Positions 8,475 to 19,213 of a stretch of 50,938 bases of DNA are shown piece after piece. Source of the stretch: a virus (Duplodnaviria > Heunggongvirae > Uroviricota > Caudoviricetes); IMG/VR virus record IMGVR_UViG_2636415959_000002. The stretch is one strand, 5' to 3'. The number at the start of each line of letters is the position of its first letter. Positions within the stretch are counted from its first letter, which is position 1. Made by a program: the position numbers and the translations under genes. The notes under the pieces were generated by a model that was not told the DNA's origin, ran no database searches, and was given only the letters and a program-made list of their open reading frames with translations.

Positions 8475-8897
8475 GTGGCAAAAGTTTTTACACAAGAAGA
8501 GCGGGAAAAAATTAAAGGGCAGGTTGTTGAACTCGTACGCCAGAGTGGGCGCGAGACGTTAAGACAACTGGAAACTAAAACTGGGGCAACAAAATATCTG
8601 ATGAACGTTCTGGCCAGAGAGCTGGTTGCCAGTGGCGATGTATACAACTCTGGTTACGGGTTATTCCCGTCTGAACAGGCGCGTAAGGACTGGCAAAATG
8701 CCCGTAAAAAGCTCTCAAGGGCAAAGCTGAAGAAACCATCTGCGGTTGATCCGGACCTTATCTGGTCATTACCTGATGGAGAAATACGTCGTTACGACAG
8801 GCGTCATAATATGATTTGTACTGAGTGTCGTAAAAGCGAAGTTATGCAGCGCATATTGTCGTTTTATCAGGGGGATGTTCGGTATTTATTGAAGTGA
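8475..8897 (+). CDS. Hypothetical protein (GTG start)
   Basis: 140-aa ORF with AGGAGG shortly upstream of GTG; basic; CxxC near the C-terminus; no family recognised. Confidence 0.45.
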   Translation: MAKVFTQEEREKIKGQVVELVRQSGRETLRQLETKTGATKYLMNVLARELVASGDVYNSGYGLFPSEQARKDWQNARKKLSRAKLKKPSAVDPDLIWSLPDGEIRRYDRRHNMICTECRKSEVMQRILSFYQGDVRYLLK

Positions 8898-9159
8898 CGA
8901 GATTAAAGTGCATTAGTTCAGATGCAAATTGACATTTTGTGGCACAGGGTAGAGCTAGCGTGGTTGTCCGCTTTGTGCCAACAGCGGACATTATGGAAGG
9001 TCAGAGTTAAAGATTAAAATGGGATGCTGTGTGTTTTCTCCAGGTTTTGCTCTATACCTTTCGGGATACTCCACCGACAGAATACGAAAATCAACATTAT
9101 CAACGGCTCGAAGTGTCTAGATTATCCATGGCAATTCATGGGAAATCCCATCCAACGGC

Positions 9160-10551
9160 TTATGCTTCATGTTGCTTTTTGAGATCGCTTCTAGCATAGC
9201 TCCACTCAATAATGTTGTCGGGTCGTTGCTGATCGAAAAGGATACGGGATTCAATACCATTACCTAAAAAGCTGGTATTCCCATCTACGTAAGAAGCTAT
9301 CCCTTGTGAACCAACACGAAGAATATTTTCTAATGGCTGCTTTGTTCTTGCTGCATCGCTAAGGAGATATAAACCCGGGTACGTTTTGTTAGCACGGTGA
9401 AAAAAAAGTTCATTGTCAAAACACATGACGATGATTATTTGTCCCGACATGAGATCGGAGAGCATTTCAGTTGGCAGATGCAAACTCATAAATGGTCGAG
9501 ACAAAGGGTCAAAGAATGAATCATTTATATTCACAACAGGGCTTTTTATACCGAGACTATCCATCCATCCATTGAAGGCAACAAAGCCCATTTCAGAATC
9601 ACGGTACATACCTAAGAACAAACATTCATCAATAGTATCAATTGCCCAATTTTTTCCTCCGCGAATAATCTCCCACATTTTAACTAAGCGGTGGGTATAA
9701 AATTCAGACGGATGATCTATCTCATTGATTTTAACTTTAGACTGATGAAAGTTGTCAAAGCCCTCGCCAGTATTAATCGCCTCCAGAACATTCATGCCAC
9801 GAATGATTTGCCTTTTTATGCGATTAAATTGCTTAACATCATTATCAGGCATATTGTTAATGAAGTTTTCTTCAAAGTGCGGACATTCTGAGATAACAGA
9901 AAATTCAGCAGCTTCATAAAGCTCATTATTCTTTTCACCTGTTTTAACTTCCACGAGCTGGAAGCCATCCAGTAGATTAAAGGTGACTAAATCTCCCACA
10001 TGAACAAATGTGCTCATGTCAGAGACAATCGCTACGGAGTGTTTGTCCTGGTTGATAAGATCGGCTGCGACCATAGAATCAATTATGTTATCTTCTGATA
10101 GATTGTCATTGCTTGCATTAATAGGTAAACGCCGCAAACTAGAGTGTTCTTCATCAAGAATGCTCCAAATTATTGAGTCAATACAACGGCGAAGAATAAG
10201 AATTTCAAATTTTTTTAAACTTATTTCATCAATACACTTTTCTTTATTTTCTTTATCCTTGTTTCGATGGTGCTCTTTTTTTTCAGTTTCCAATCTTTTT
10301 ATATCTCTCAGCCGAATAATAATCTCAAAAGATATGATTTTTTGTGAGTCTTTCCAATTTTTGAGACAGGTTTCATACTCTGCAAGAAAATCCTCATCAT
10401 TGGAAGGTAGTTCTTGAATTGGATTCCCTCCCCTTATCATTTTGGCAAGTGCATGCATTAAAGATACATAATGAGGCGATAAAATTGTCCAAAACTTCCT
10501 AAACGGTTTGTACTTTTCAAGAAAAGTTGACTCATCAGTATAATTCATCAT
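9160..10551 (-). CDS. Uncharacterised 463-aa protein, downstream partner of the AbiH-like gene; possible PD-(D/E)xK nuclease-like core
   Basis: ORF 9160..10557; likely ATG at 10551 (MMNYTDEST) with GAGG upstream; AT-rich codon usage; segment FVHVGDLVTFNLLDGFQLVEVKTGEKN fits D-x13-E-x-K; no Walker motif or other signature recognised. Confidence 0.6.
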   Translation of the reverse strand: MMNYTDESTFLEKYKPFRKFWTILSPHYVSLMHALAKMIRGGNPIQELPSNDEDFLAEYETCLKNWKDSQKIISFEIIIRLRDIKRLETEKKEHHRNKDKENKEKCIDEISLKKFEILILRRCIDSIIWSILDEEHSSLRRLPINASNDNLSEDNIIDSMVAADLINQDKHSVAIVSDMSTFVHVGDLVTFNLLDGFQLVEVKTGEKNNELYEAAEFSVISECPHFEENFINNMPDNDVKQFNRIKRQIIRGMNVLEAINTGEGFDNFHQSKVKINEIDHPSEFYTHRLVKMWEIIRGGKNWAIDTIDECLFLGMYRDSEMGFVAFNGWMDSLGIKSPVVNINDSFFDPLSRPFMSLHLPTEMLSDLMSGQIIIVMCFDNELFFHRANKTYPGLYLLSDAARTKQPLENILRVGSQGIASYVDGNTSFLGNGIESRILFDQQRPDNIIEWSYARSDLKKQHEA

Positions 10552-10640
10552 AACCAAACCTCATTCCTCTTATCTATTTTCCTCAAGGTATAAAATACCA
10601 GCCTTTTTTACATAATTATAGTTATAATATGAAGTCTCAT

Positions 10641-11510
10641 TCAGATATCTTCATACTGTACGTAAGAAATATTTGAGCCTCTGATACCATAATCTTCTAA
10701 ACTGCCTGATTTTTTCTCACCTCTATATAAAGCAACTATCCATCGAGCATTTTCTTGGATGCTTTTATTTATTTCAGTAAAGTATTCACCGTCAACTTCG
10801 GCGAGCGAGTGGCCTAAAACGATGACCTCGTCCACATTTTTAAGCGATGAGAAAAAAACGTTTTCTTCTTTAATTATGTCTTCGCTGGGCTTGAATGTAT
10901 TACCGAAGTATTCGTTTATTCTGTCGTATGCCTCTGCTATTCTTGTATCTTGATCCGGTCCTATATATGGATTTAGTGACTTTTCCACCCTAAAACTATG
11001 ACCAAGTATGAGATCGTCATCGTAACTACAATTGCCGTGAATATGTATGATTTGCTCGTCTGGAACGGCATAGATCTGCTGCAAGGTATTTGTATAATTA
11101 AATGAAAAATAGATGCTTTCTCTTGGTATGGGCGGGATGTATTGCTTAGGATTGTAAGCATCGGCTATGTTAATCCCTTTAACCCAATCAGCGAATTGCT
11201 CCTTCAAACGAGCTGACAGCATTTGTGTGATTTTATTTACTTCATATTGGTAATCGTGATGATAAGCATCGCTCCAATCATCGGTATTGTATGAAGCCAA
11301 AAATATCTCACTGTTTTGAAGGATAAGCTCATAATCAATTTCACCTAAAGCATTTTCTAACTCATTCCACTCGTCCCCAGCAGGAATGTATTCTTCTATC
11401 GCGTCATATAGATCTTGGTCATTTTTTTCTACATACGACTTAAAGTGCTTGTATCCTGTTGGTAAGCCATGACGCATGTCAAATCCATTTCCTATTATGT
11501 AAAGCCTCAT
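10641..11510 (-). CDS. AbiH-family (abortive infection) protein
   Basis: 289 aa from internal ATG (MRLYIIGNGFDMRHGLPTGYKHF) with AAGGGA RBS; the IIGNGFD-x-HGL-x-T-Y motif is the N-terminal signature I recall for the AbiH family; AT-rich. Confidence 0.7.
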   Translation of the reverse strand: MRLYIIGNGFDMRHGLPTGYKHFKSYVEKNDQDLYDAIEEYIPAGDEWNELENALGEIDYELILQNSEIFLASYNTDDWSDAYHHDYQYEVNKITQMLSARLKEQFADWVKGINIADAYNPKQYIPPIPRESIYFSFNYTNTLQQIYAVPDEQIIHIHGNCSYDDDLILGHSFRVEKSLNPYIGPDQDTRIAEAYDRINEYFGNTFKPSEDIIKEENVFFSSLKNVDEVIVLGHSLAEVDGEYFTEINKSIQENARWIVALYRGEKKSGSLEDYGIRGSNISYVQYEDI

Positions 11511-11968
11511 TGTTTTTCCCTTAGTCGAATTGTATAAAAATACTAACATGGCCTGCTCCACGTTGACTACTATCCCCTCCTTTGAGTAATGCCTTCATCA
11601 GATGTAACAACATTTGCGAGCTTCCACAGTTCGCTCAAAGCGGACTAGAAGGTTAGCTTGCGTCGGACTTGGCGTATTTAAAGAAGTGCTGGTGGAGACT
11701 GGTTGTTGTGTTCCATTTCTACAGAACAAAATCACAGAAACTATACCCAATAGTTATATTGAATCAATGATGAGACAGCCTCATATTTATCAGGACTGGT
11801 GTACGTCCAATACAGGAGGTTGTCGTGCTGGTTCTCAAATGTGCGCTAGCTATTGCGGCTGTAATGGCAATTTATTGTCTTGCTGTTGTTCTTACGGATC
11901 GCCTTTCTGATTGATTTTATATTGGCGAGGTGACGTGAGTTAAGTAGAATTGCTGCGGGTGCTTGAGG

Positions 11969-12004
11969 CTATCTGCCTCAGGCATGAACACCAAAGGCAG
12001 ATAG
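11969..12004 (+). promoter_or_regulatory. Perfect 10-bp inverted repeat in the hokD 5' leader (probable mRNA fold)
   Basis: ctatctgcct ... aggcagatag separated by a 16-nt loop, about 120 nt upstream of the hokD ATG. Confidence 0.3.
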
Positions 12005-12125
12005 AGAAAAGCCCCAGTTAACATTACGCGTCCTGCAAGACGCTTAACATTAATCTGAGGCCAATTTCATGCTAGACACATGTAGGTTAGCCTCTTACGT
12101 GCCGAAAGGCAAGGAGAAGCAGGCT

Positions 12126-12281
12126 ATGAAGCAGCAAAAGGCGATGTTAATCGCCCTGATCGTCATCTGTTTAACCGTCATAGTGACGGCACTGGTAACG
12201 AGGAAAGACCTCTGCGAGGTACGAATCCGAACCGGCCAGACGGAGGTCGCTGTCTTCACAGCTTACGAACCTGAGGAGTAA
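12126..12281 (+). CDS. hokD: Hok-family type I toxin (HokD/RelF-like), 51 aa
   Basis: MKQQKAMLIALIVICLTVIVTALVTRKDLCEVRIRTGQTEVAVFTAYEPEE: single TM helix plus conserved Hok C-terminal motif; AGGAG RBS; in-frame upstream extension (ORF from 12069) is reminiscent of mok. Confidence 0.85.
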   Translation: MKQQKAMLIALIVICLTVIVTALVTRKDLCEVRIRTGQTEVAVFTAYEPEE

Positions 12282-12288
12282 GAGACCA

Positions 12289-12374
12289 GGCGAGGGAGAA
12301 ATCCCTCGCCACCTCTGATGTGTCAGGCATCCTCAATGCACCCGCACTTAACCCGCTTCGGCGGGTTTATTTTA
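12289..12374 (+). terminator. Two 3' hairpins after hokD, the second followed by a T-run (rho-independent terminator)
   Basis: ggcgaggga-gaaa-tccctcgcc (~12289-12310) and acccgc-ttcg-gcgggt followed by ttatttta (~12351-12374). Confidence 0.45.
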
Positions 12375-12628
12375 TCTGTAAATATTTTTATAAAAATAAT
12401 GCCCACACACAGCATAAAACAAAAAGTATCACAGATAAAAAAGGAGCGTAATGTGCAGATTTGTTGTTTTCCATATTTACTCACTTTAACATAATCAATA
12501 TTGATATGGTTGTTGTTTTGGTGGTTTCAAACGAGATGTTATGGTGATCTGGTAAAATTGCATAACATTAAAATTTAATTTATCTAATCGCTTTTAATAA
12601 TAAGCGTTGTGTTTATCCCAACAATCTG

Positions 12629-13018
12629 TTGTTTGACTTTTATTCCATTAATGTAGGGGCTTTACACTGGAACCAGTTTATTTATACTTTATACGCCAGC
12701 CTGAACAACTGGCACCTGCTGCGCCAGCAGAGACAACCGATGGCGCACGATACCAAATTACACAATTCTGATGATTCTGCCGTCTTTGCCAGCAGGTGCG
12801 GACGGCGTTTTCATGCATTCAAATCGGACTGGTTCCAGCATCCACCATGCACTGAAGAGCAGGCTGAATGGATAATTCAGTGTTACCGCAGGCGCGGATA
12901 CGAGGTTAAAAAAGCCCTTAGCCTCGACTACCGTCACTGGATAATCTCAGTCAGATTGCCTTACTCCGAACGCCCACCGCGTCCGTCCCGTACATTCCAG
13001 CAACGCCTCTGGAGGTAA
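12629..13018 (+). CDS. Hypothetical protein (position corresponds to rem of Qin-type prophages)
   Basis: 129-aa ORF ending 2 nt before the ydfU-like start; true start may be an internal Met; no motif recognised. Confidence 0.4.
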   Translation: MFDFYSINVGALHWNQFIYTLYASLNNWHLLRQQRQPMAHDTKLHNSDDSAVFASRCGRRFHAFKSDWFQHPPCTEEQAEWIIQCYRRRGYEVKKALSLDYRHWIISVRLPYSERPPRPSRTFQQRLWR

Positions 13019-13019
13019 C

Positions 13020-14069
13020 GTGCGGGTATTACTTCGACCTGTTCTGGTACCGGAACTCGGGCTGGTGGTCGTTAAGCCGGGCCGTGAATCCATGCCGGTA
13101 TTCCACAATACCCGGGTACTGGTGGAGCCGGAACCGAAAAGCATGCGTAATCTGCCGTCCGGGGTCGTTCCTGCCGTTCGCCAGCCGCTGGTGGAAGACA
13201 AAACATTGCTGCCGTTTTTCAGTAACACACGGGTAATTCGTGCTGCTGGTGGTGCTGGTGCATTGTCTGACTGGCTGTTGCGCCATATTAAATCCTGCCA
13301 GTGGCCACACGGCGATTATCATCACAGCGAAACCGTTATTCACCGATATGGTACCGGCGCAATGGTGTTGTGCTGGCACTGCGACAACCAGCTGCGTGAC
13401 CAGACATCCGAATCACTCGAGCAACTTGCTCATCAAAACCTGTCAGCATGGATGATTGACGTCATCGGTCACGCAATAAGCGGTACGCAGGAGCGTGAAT
13501 TATCTCTGGCTGAATTATCCTGGTGGGCGGTCCGCAATCAGCTGGCGGACGCGCTACCGGAAGCGGTATTACGTCGCTCGCTGGGATTACCAGCGGAAAA
13601 AATCTGCTCGGTGTACCGCGAAAGCGACATCGTACCGGGAGAGCAGACCGCCACCAGCATATTGAAACAGCGCACAAAAAATCTTGCACCGTTGCCTCAC
13701 GCCCACCAGCAACAAAACCCATCACAGGAAAAGACGGTGGTAAGCATCACCGTTGATCCAGAGTCTCCGGAATCTTTCATGAAGCTGCCTAAACGTCACC
13801 GGTGGGTTAAGGAGAAATACACACGCTGGGTTAAGACACAGCCGTGTGCTTGCTGCGGTATGCCAGCCGACGATCCGCATCATCTGATTGGTCACGGGCA
13901 GGGCGGAATGGGAACAAAAGCACATGATCTCTTTGTGTTGCCTTTGTGCAGAAAGCATCACAACGAGCTGCATACGGATACAGTGGCATTTGAAGAGAAG
14001 TATGGCTCCCAACTGGAGCTGATATTTCGTTTTATCGATCGCGCGCTGGCAATTGGCGTACTGGCGTAA
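13020..14069 (+). CDS. ydfU: DUF968/YdfU-like protein with Cys/His-rich C-terminal motif
   Basis: 349-aa ORF (GTG start after GGAGG); C-terminal CACCGMPADDPHHLIGHGQGG...CRKHHNELH; size and position match YdfU of Qin-type prophages (recalled). Confidence 0.65.
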   Translation: MRVLLRPVLVPELGLVVVKPGRESMPVFHNTRVLVEPEPKSMRNLPSGVVPAVRQPLVEDKTLLPFFSNTRVIRAAGGAGALSDWLLRHIKSCQWPHGDYHHSETVIHRYGTGAMVLCWHCDNQLRDQTSESLEQLAHQNLSAWMIDVIGHAISGTQERELSLAELSWWAVRNQLADALPEAVLRRSLGLPAEKICSVYRESDIVPGEQTATSILKQRTKNLAPLPHAHQQQNPSQEKTVVSITVDPESPESFMKLPKRHRWVKEKYTRWVKTQPCACCGMPADDPHHLIGHGQGGMGTKAHDLFVLPLCRKHHNELHTDTVAFEEKYGSQLELIFRFIDRALAIGVLA

Positions 14070-14082
14070 GTGGAGAACGAGC

Positions 14083-14835
14083 ATGAACCTTGAAGCCTTA
14101 CCAAAATATTACTCCCCAAAATCTCCAAAATTGAGCGATGACGCTCCAGCGACAGGCACCGGTTGTTTAACAATTACGGATGTAATGGCAGCGCAGGGGA
14201 TGGTGCAGTCGAAAGCACCACTTGGGTTGGCCTTATTTCTGGCAAAAGTTGGTGTTCAGGACCCTCAGTTTGCGATTGAAGGCCTGCTAAATTACGCGAT
14301 GGCACTGGATAACCCGACATTGAACAAATTGAGTGAAGAAATCCGGTTACAGATTATTCCTTACCTCGTGAGTTTTGCCTTTGCTGATTACTCCAGGTCT
14401 GCGGCAAGTAAGGCTCGCTGTGAGCATTGTTCAGGTACGGGATTTTATAATGTATTGCGCGAAGTGGTGAAACACTACAGACGCGGGGAATCTGTAATCA
14501 AGGAAGAATGGGTGAAGGAACTATGTCAGCATTGCCATGGTAAGGGCGAAGCCAGCACAGCGTGCAGAGGGTGTAAGGGTAAAGGGATTGTTCTGGATGA
14601 AAAAAGAACCCGGTTTCATGGCGTACCGGTATATAAGATTTGTGGGCGTTGTAATGGAAACCGGTTTAGTCGTTTACCGACCACGCTGGCACGACGTCAT
14701 GTCCAGAAGCTGGTACCAGACCTGACCGATTATCAGTGGTATAAGGGGTATGCGGACGTCATTGGTAAACTGGTAACAAAGTGCTGGCAGGAAGAAGCAT
14801 ACGCGGAAGCGCAATTGAGGAAGGTGACGAGATAA
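14083..14835 (+). CDS. quuQ: Late-gene antitermination protein Q (phage 21/82-type zinc-finger Q)
   Basis: 250 aa from ATG with GGAG RBS; multiple CxxC pairs (CEHCSGTGFYN, CQHCHGKGE, CRGCKGKG, CGRCNG); located upstream of the lysis cassette. Confidence 0.75.
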   Translation: MNLEALPKYYSPKSPKLSDDAPATGTGCLTITDVMAAQGMVQSKAPLGLALFLAKVGVQDPQFAIEGLLNYAMALDNPTLNKLSEEIRLQIIPYLVSFAFADYSRSAASKARCEHCSGTGFYNVLREVVKHYRRGESVIKEEWVKELCQHCHGKGEASTACRGCKGKGIVLDEKRTRFHGVPVYKICGRCNGNRFSRLPTTLARRHVQKLVPDLTDYQWYKGYADVIGKLVTKCWQEEAYAEAQLRKVTR

Positions 14836-14943
14836 ATGATTTTTGCTGAAGATGGCGACATGATGTTTGCATTTTTCAAAAAATATGGATAAAATTTTTT
14901 CAACGATGGGCTTTGTATACCCGACGTTAAGAAAAAGTAGAAA

Positions 14944-14966
14944 ACCCGCTGATGAGCGGGTTTTGT
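14944..14966 (+). terminator. Rho-independent terminator about 110 bp downstream of Q (tR'-like)
   Basis: cccgc-tgatga-gcggg stem-loop followed by ttttgtgcttt. Confidence 0.45.
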
Positions 14967-15256
14967 GCTTTAAATGGGGCAATGGTAATGTTGAATCTCA
15001 TCCCGGGACTCATGTCTGTTAACTTATTATTTAGCTGGTGACTTGGTTATTTGCCTGATGTTTAAAATGTTTTCTTCCAGTACAATGTCCCTAAACACAA
15101 TGAGTCTGCTTATTATATTATTAGCAGAGCTATTACGGCCAAAGTACAGCATAAGCTTTTAAAGCCAATCAACCAGTCATCAAGACAGACGGGGTTATTC
15201 ATAAAAACTCTCCATGTGTGATCCGATGGGGCCTGAAATTAAAGCTTTAATATAGC

Positions 15257-15469
15257 TCATGAAAGGTAAACATTGGCAGCTGAAGGGCCACGCAGACCAT
15301 TTATCCGGCAAAATTCCACGCGTAATCCGGTGGTAATTTCTTCTGCATCGCGGAGATTGAGCGCTGAAACATGGAGCTGGACATCGATACGACCATCGGA
15401 TGGGGTGATAAGACCCTTGCCGCTTTTGCCGTCAAAGGTTTTGACAATTCCTGTCATTTTACGGGACAA
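15257..15469 (-). CDS. cspF: Cold-shock-domain protein paralogue (CspF/CspH-like)
   Basis: 70 aa, [27 protein letters not shown]...; CSD fold with a degenerate RNP motif as in CspF/CspH. Confidence 0.8.
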
Positions 15470-15769
15470 AAAAATTCCTTAATACTGATAACTTGGCGCA
15501 CTATACACACGTTCCTGAAGAAAGCTATAGTTTTTTGATGGGGTTGAAGATGGCTGGATGTCTAAAATAAACATTGCTTCATATGTTCAACTATGCGTTA
15601 ATGATTGCGTCGGTTTGAAGAACAGACGATATACGAAGTAGTTTACTAAAGCAGTTCTCATTTCAGGTGTTATTCACTTATTCCTTCTTTGAGTCTCTCC
15701 AATTAAGTACGAAGTCGTTTCTGTTATGCAAACCATTTATGCCGAAAGGCTCAAGTTAAGGAATGTAGA

Positions 15770-15985
15770 ATGTCAAATAAAATGACTGGTTTAGTAAAAT
15801 GGTTTAACGCTGATAAAGGTTTCGGCTTTATTTCTCCTGTTGATGGTAGTAAAGATGTGTTTGTGCATTTTTCTGCGATTCAGAATGATAATTATCGAAC
15901 CTTATTTGAAGGTCAAAAGGTTACCTTCTCTATAGAGAGTGGTGCTAAAGGTCCTGCAGCAGCAAATGTCATCATTACTGATTAA
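15770..15985 (+). CDS. cspB: Cold-shock protein CspB-like
   Basis: 71 aa, [38 protein letters not shown]... with canonical RNP1/RNP2 motifs. Confidence 0.85.
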   Translation: MSNKMTGLVKWFNADKGFGFISPVDGSKDVFVHFSAIQNDNYRTLFEGQKVTFSIESGAKGPAAANVIITD

Positions 15986-16266
15986 AATTCATCGCTCGTC
16001 TGTATACGATAACGAAGAAGGCTGATGCCTGAGTAGAGATACGGACAGAGTAGTGAATATTGGATTTCTTTAATAAAAATTAAGGAGGTCCAATACATGA
16101 AACAATGGCCAGCATATTTGGCAAAATCTTAATCAGGAAAAGTATGCTAACCATTGTGGTGAAGTGCAGGTTTGCTGCATGAATAGTTTTACAGCAGAAG
16201 CTAACTGCTGGCATGGCAAAACAAAGTGCGTAAGTGGATGACTCCCACAAAAAGCACCACAATCTC

Positions 16267-16290
16267 AAACCCGCTCAGGCGGGTTTTTTA
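16267..16290. terminator. GC hairpin with flanking T-run, possible bidirectional terminator
   Basis: aaacccgc-tcag-gcgggttt followed by tttta. Confidence 0.4.
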
Positions 16291-16348
16291 TTATCTGCTT
16301 TAAATATATTATTAAAATATAAAAAATACTTGTTACTAATAAAATCAA

Positions 16349-16519
16349 TCAGGCTACAGCTTTAAGATTTGTCTGGAATACTTTGTTGCAATGAGGGCAG
16401 ATCAAAAGGGCACCTTTTTGTACTCTTGAAAAACTGTGTTCTGACTCTTGGGTGCAGTTTGGGCAGGAACATTTAACGAGATAATTACGGCGTGATTTTG
16501 AGTCTTTACGTTCTGACAT
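16349..16519 (-). CDS. Small zinc-ribbon protein (two CxxC pairs)
   Basis: ORF 16349..16570; likely start MSERKDSKSRRNYLVKCSCPNCTQ...CPHCNK; function unknown. Confidence 0.35.
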   Translation of the reverse strand: MSERKDSKSRRNYLVKCSCPNCTQESEHSFSRVQKGALLICPHCNKVFQTNLKAVA

Positions 16520-16738
16520 AGGCTTTTCCTGTATAAATGGCCGTATACAGTACACTAAATATGAAAACATTTCTCGTATTATTATTTTATATATGACTTT
16601 CTTTCAAAATAATTACTCACATTTTTAATGTGTATGTTTCTTTAGCGCCGTTGAGAACAGCGTGTGCTGTCAAAACTACCCCGTAGACTCCGATCTTTTC
16701 AAACATATTGCACCATCCGTGTACATCGGGGTGAGGAT

Positions 16739-16954
16739 ATGAAATCAATGGATAAGTTAACAACAGGTGTTGCCTATGGCACATCGGCGGGTAATGCTGG
16801 TTTCTGGGCATTGCAGTTACTCGATAAAGTAACTCCGTCACAGTGGGCTGCAATCGGTGTGCTGGGTAGCCTGGTTTTTGGCCTGCTGACGTATCTGACA
16901 AATCTTTATTTCAAGATTAAAGAAGACAGGCGTAAGGCTGCGAGAGGAGAATAA
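16739..16954 (+). CDS. essQ: Class II holin, S21-type pinholin with dual-start motif
   Basis: 71 aa [26 protein letters not shown]...[36 protein letters not shown]; Met1 and Met4 as in phage 21 S (antiholin/holin dual start). Confidence 0.85.
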   Translation: MKSMDKLTTGVAYGTSAGNAGFWALQLLDKVTPSQWAAIGVLGSLVFGLLTYLTNLYFKIKEDRRKAARGE

Positions 16955-17265
16955 TCCAATGACTCAAGGCTATGAACTGGTTGTGAAAGGAGTCCGTAAT
17001 TTTGAGAATAAAGTTACGGTAACTGTAGCCTTACAGGACAAAGAACGCTTTGACGGTGAAATTTTTGGCCTGGATGTCGCCATGGACCGTGTTGAAGGAG
17101 CTACGCTGGAGTTTTATGAGGCAGCAGCCAGAATGAGCGTCCGGCAAGTCTTCCTGGAAGTAGCAGAAAAATTGTCAGAAAAGTTGAGTCTTATCTGCAG
17201 CATCAGTACTCCTTTAAGATTGAAAATCCTGCCAATAAGCACGAGCGTCCTCATCATAAATATCT

Positions 17266-18293
<1,028 letters not shown>

Positions 18294-18655
18294 GGTAATA
18301 TTAAATCGGAACATTTACATCGCGGAATGTAAAATTTAAATAAAAAGGACTCTTCCATGAGCCAAAATTCCTGAAATCTTAAGGGTAAGATAAAAGGTCT
18401 TAATCAGAATGACACGTTTTATTAATAAATAAAGCTATTCTTTCATTGCTGTGTTTTTCTTTACAAAAGTAATCCTTGCTATGGGTGGTTAATCATGCGT
18501 TAATGGTGTTCTGGTTTGTTACAAATTTATCTGAAGCAGTCATTGTTATAATTTTATTATTTGTACCTCTTGAGATTTCCTTGTTGGTTTTTCTCTCTGA
18601 TATTTTTTTTCGGACCATTCTGCCCAAGGGCTAATTTCTTCAAAAGGTAATAATT

Positions 18656-18868
18656 ATGTCTAACAAAATGACTGGTTTAGTAAAATGGTTTAACCCTGAA
18701 AAAGGTTTTGGTTTCATCACGCCGAAAGATGGCAGCAAAGATGTGTTTGTCCATTTCTCAGCAATTCAGAGCAACGATTTCAAAACATTAACTGAGAATC
18801 AGGAAGTTGAATTTGGTATTGAGAACGGACCTAAAGGTCCTGCCGCTGTTCATGTAGTGGCGCTTTGA
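18656..18868 (+). CDS. cspI: Cold-shock protein CspI-like
   Basis: 70 aa [42 protein letters not shown]...; long AT-rich 5' leader typical of csp genes. Confidence 0.85.
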   Translation: MSNKMTGLVKWFNPEKGFGFITPKDGSKDVFVHFSAIQSNDFKTLTENQEVEFGIENGPKGPAAVHVVAL

Positions 18869-19213
18869 GGTAGACAATATTACAAACCATATTCACTTTA
18901 GATGCCCGTGTTGTCATGGTTCCCAGTATAGAACATCATCTTTTGATGTTTCTGACATGAATCCTTTCGGGGCAAAATGTATCTTTTGTAAATCAATGAT
19001 GATTACATTTGATAATATTTCACAATACTTAAATGCCAGCCGTCTGTCGTTGGATTTAAAAAAGTGAAAATGAAGGCTCCTTCGGGAGCTTTTTGGCTTG
19101 GTGTCTATTCGATGGATACTCACATACTACGGTAACATCATGAAAAAAATCATAGTTTTTTTAACTCTGAACCAGCAGTGGTAGTGCCAGCGATGACTGG
19201 AGTTAACACCATC

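Noticed and set aside
8898-9159. Intergenic region with a GC hairpin (about 8953-8990), checked for a tRNA or attachment site
   Set aside because: No cloverleaf-compatible sequence or conserved T-loop was recognisable; the hairpin lacks a T-run and is probably a minor structure between convergent genes.
11614-11910. 98-aa Cys-rich plus-strand ORF between the AbiH-like gene and hokD
   Set aside because: Low-complexity, no RBS or recognisable fold; it lies in the divergent promoter/leader region, so it is most likely a chance ORF.
11562-12125. Search for relB/relE-like ORFs upstream of hokD
   Set aside because: No ORF in any frame resembles RelE (about 95 aa) or RelB (about 79 aa); the only ORF is the rejected Cys-rich one.
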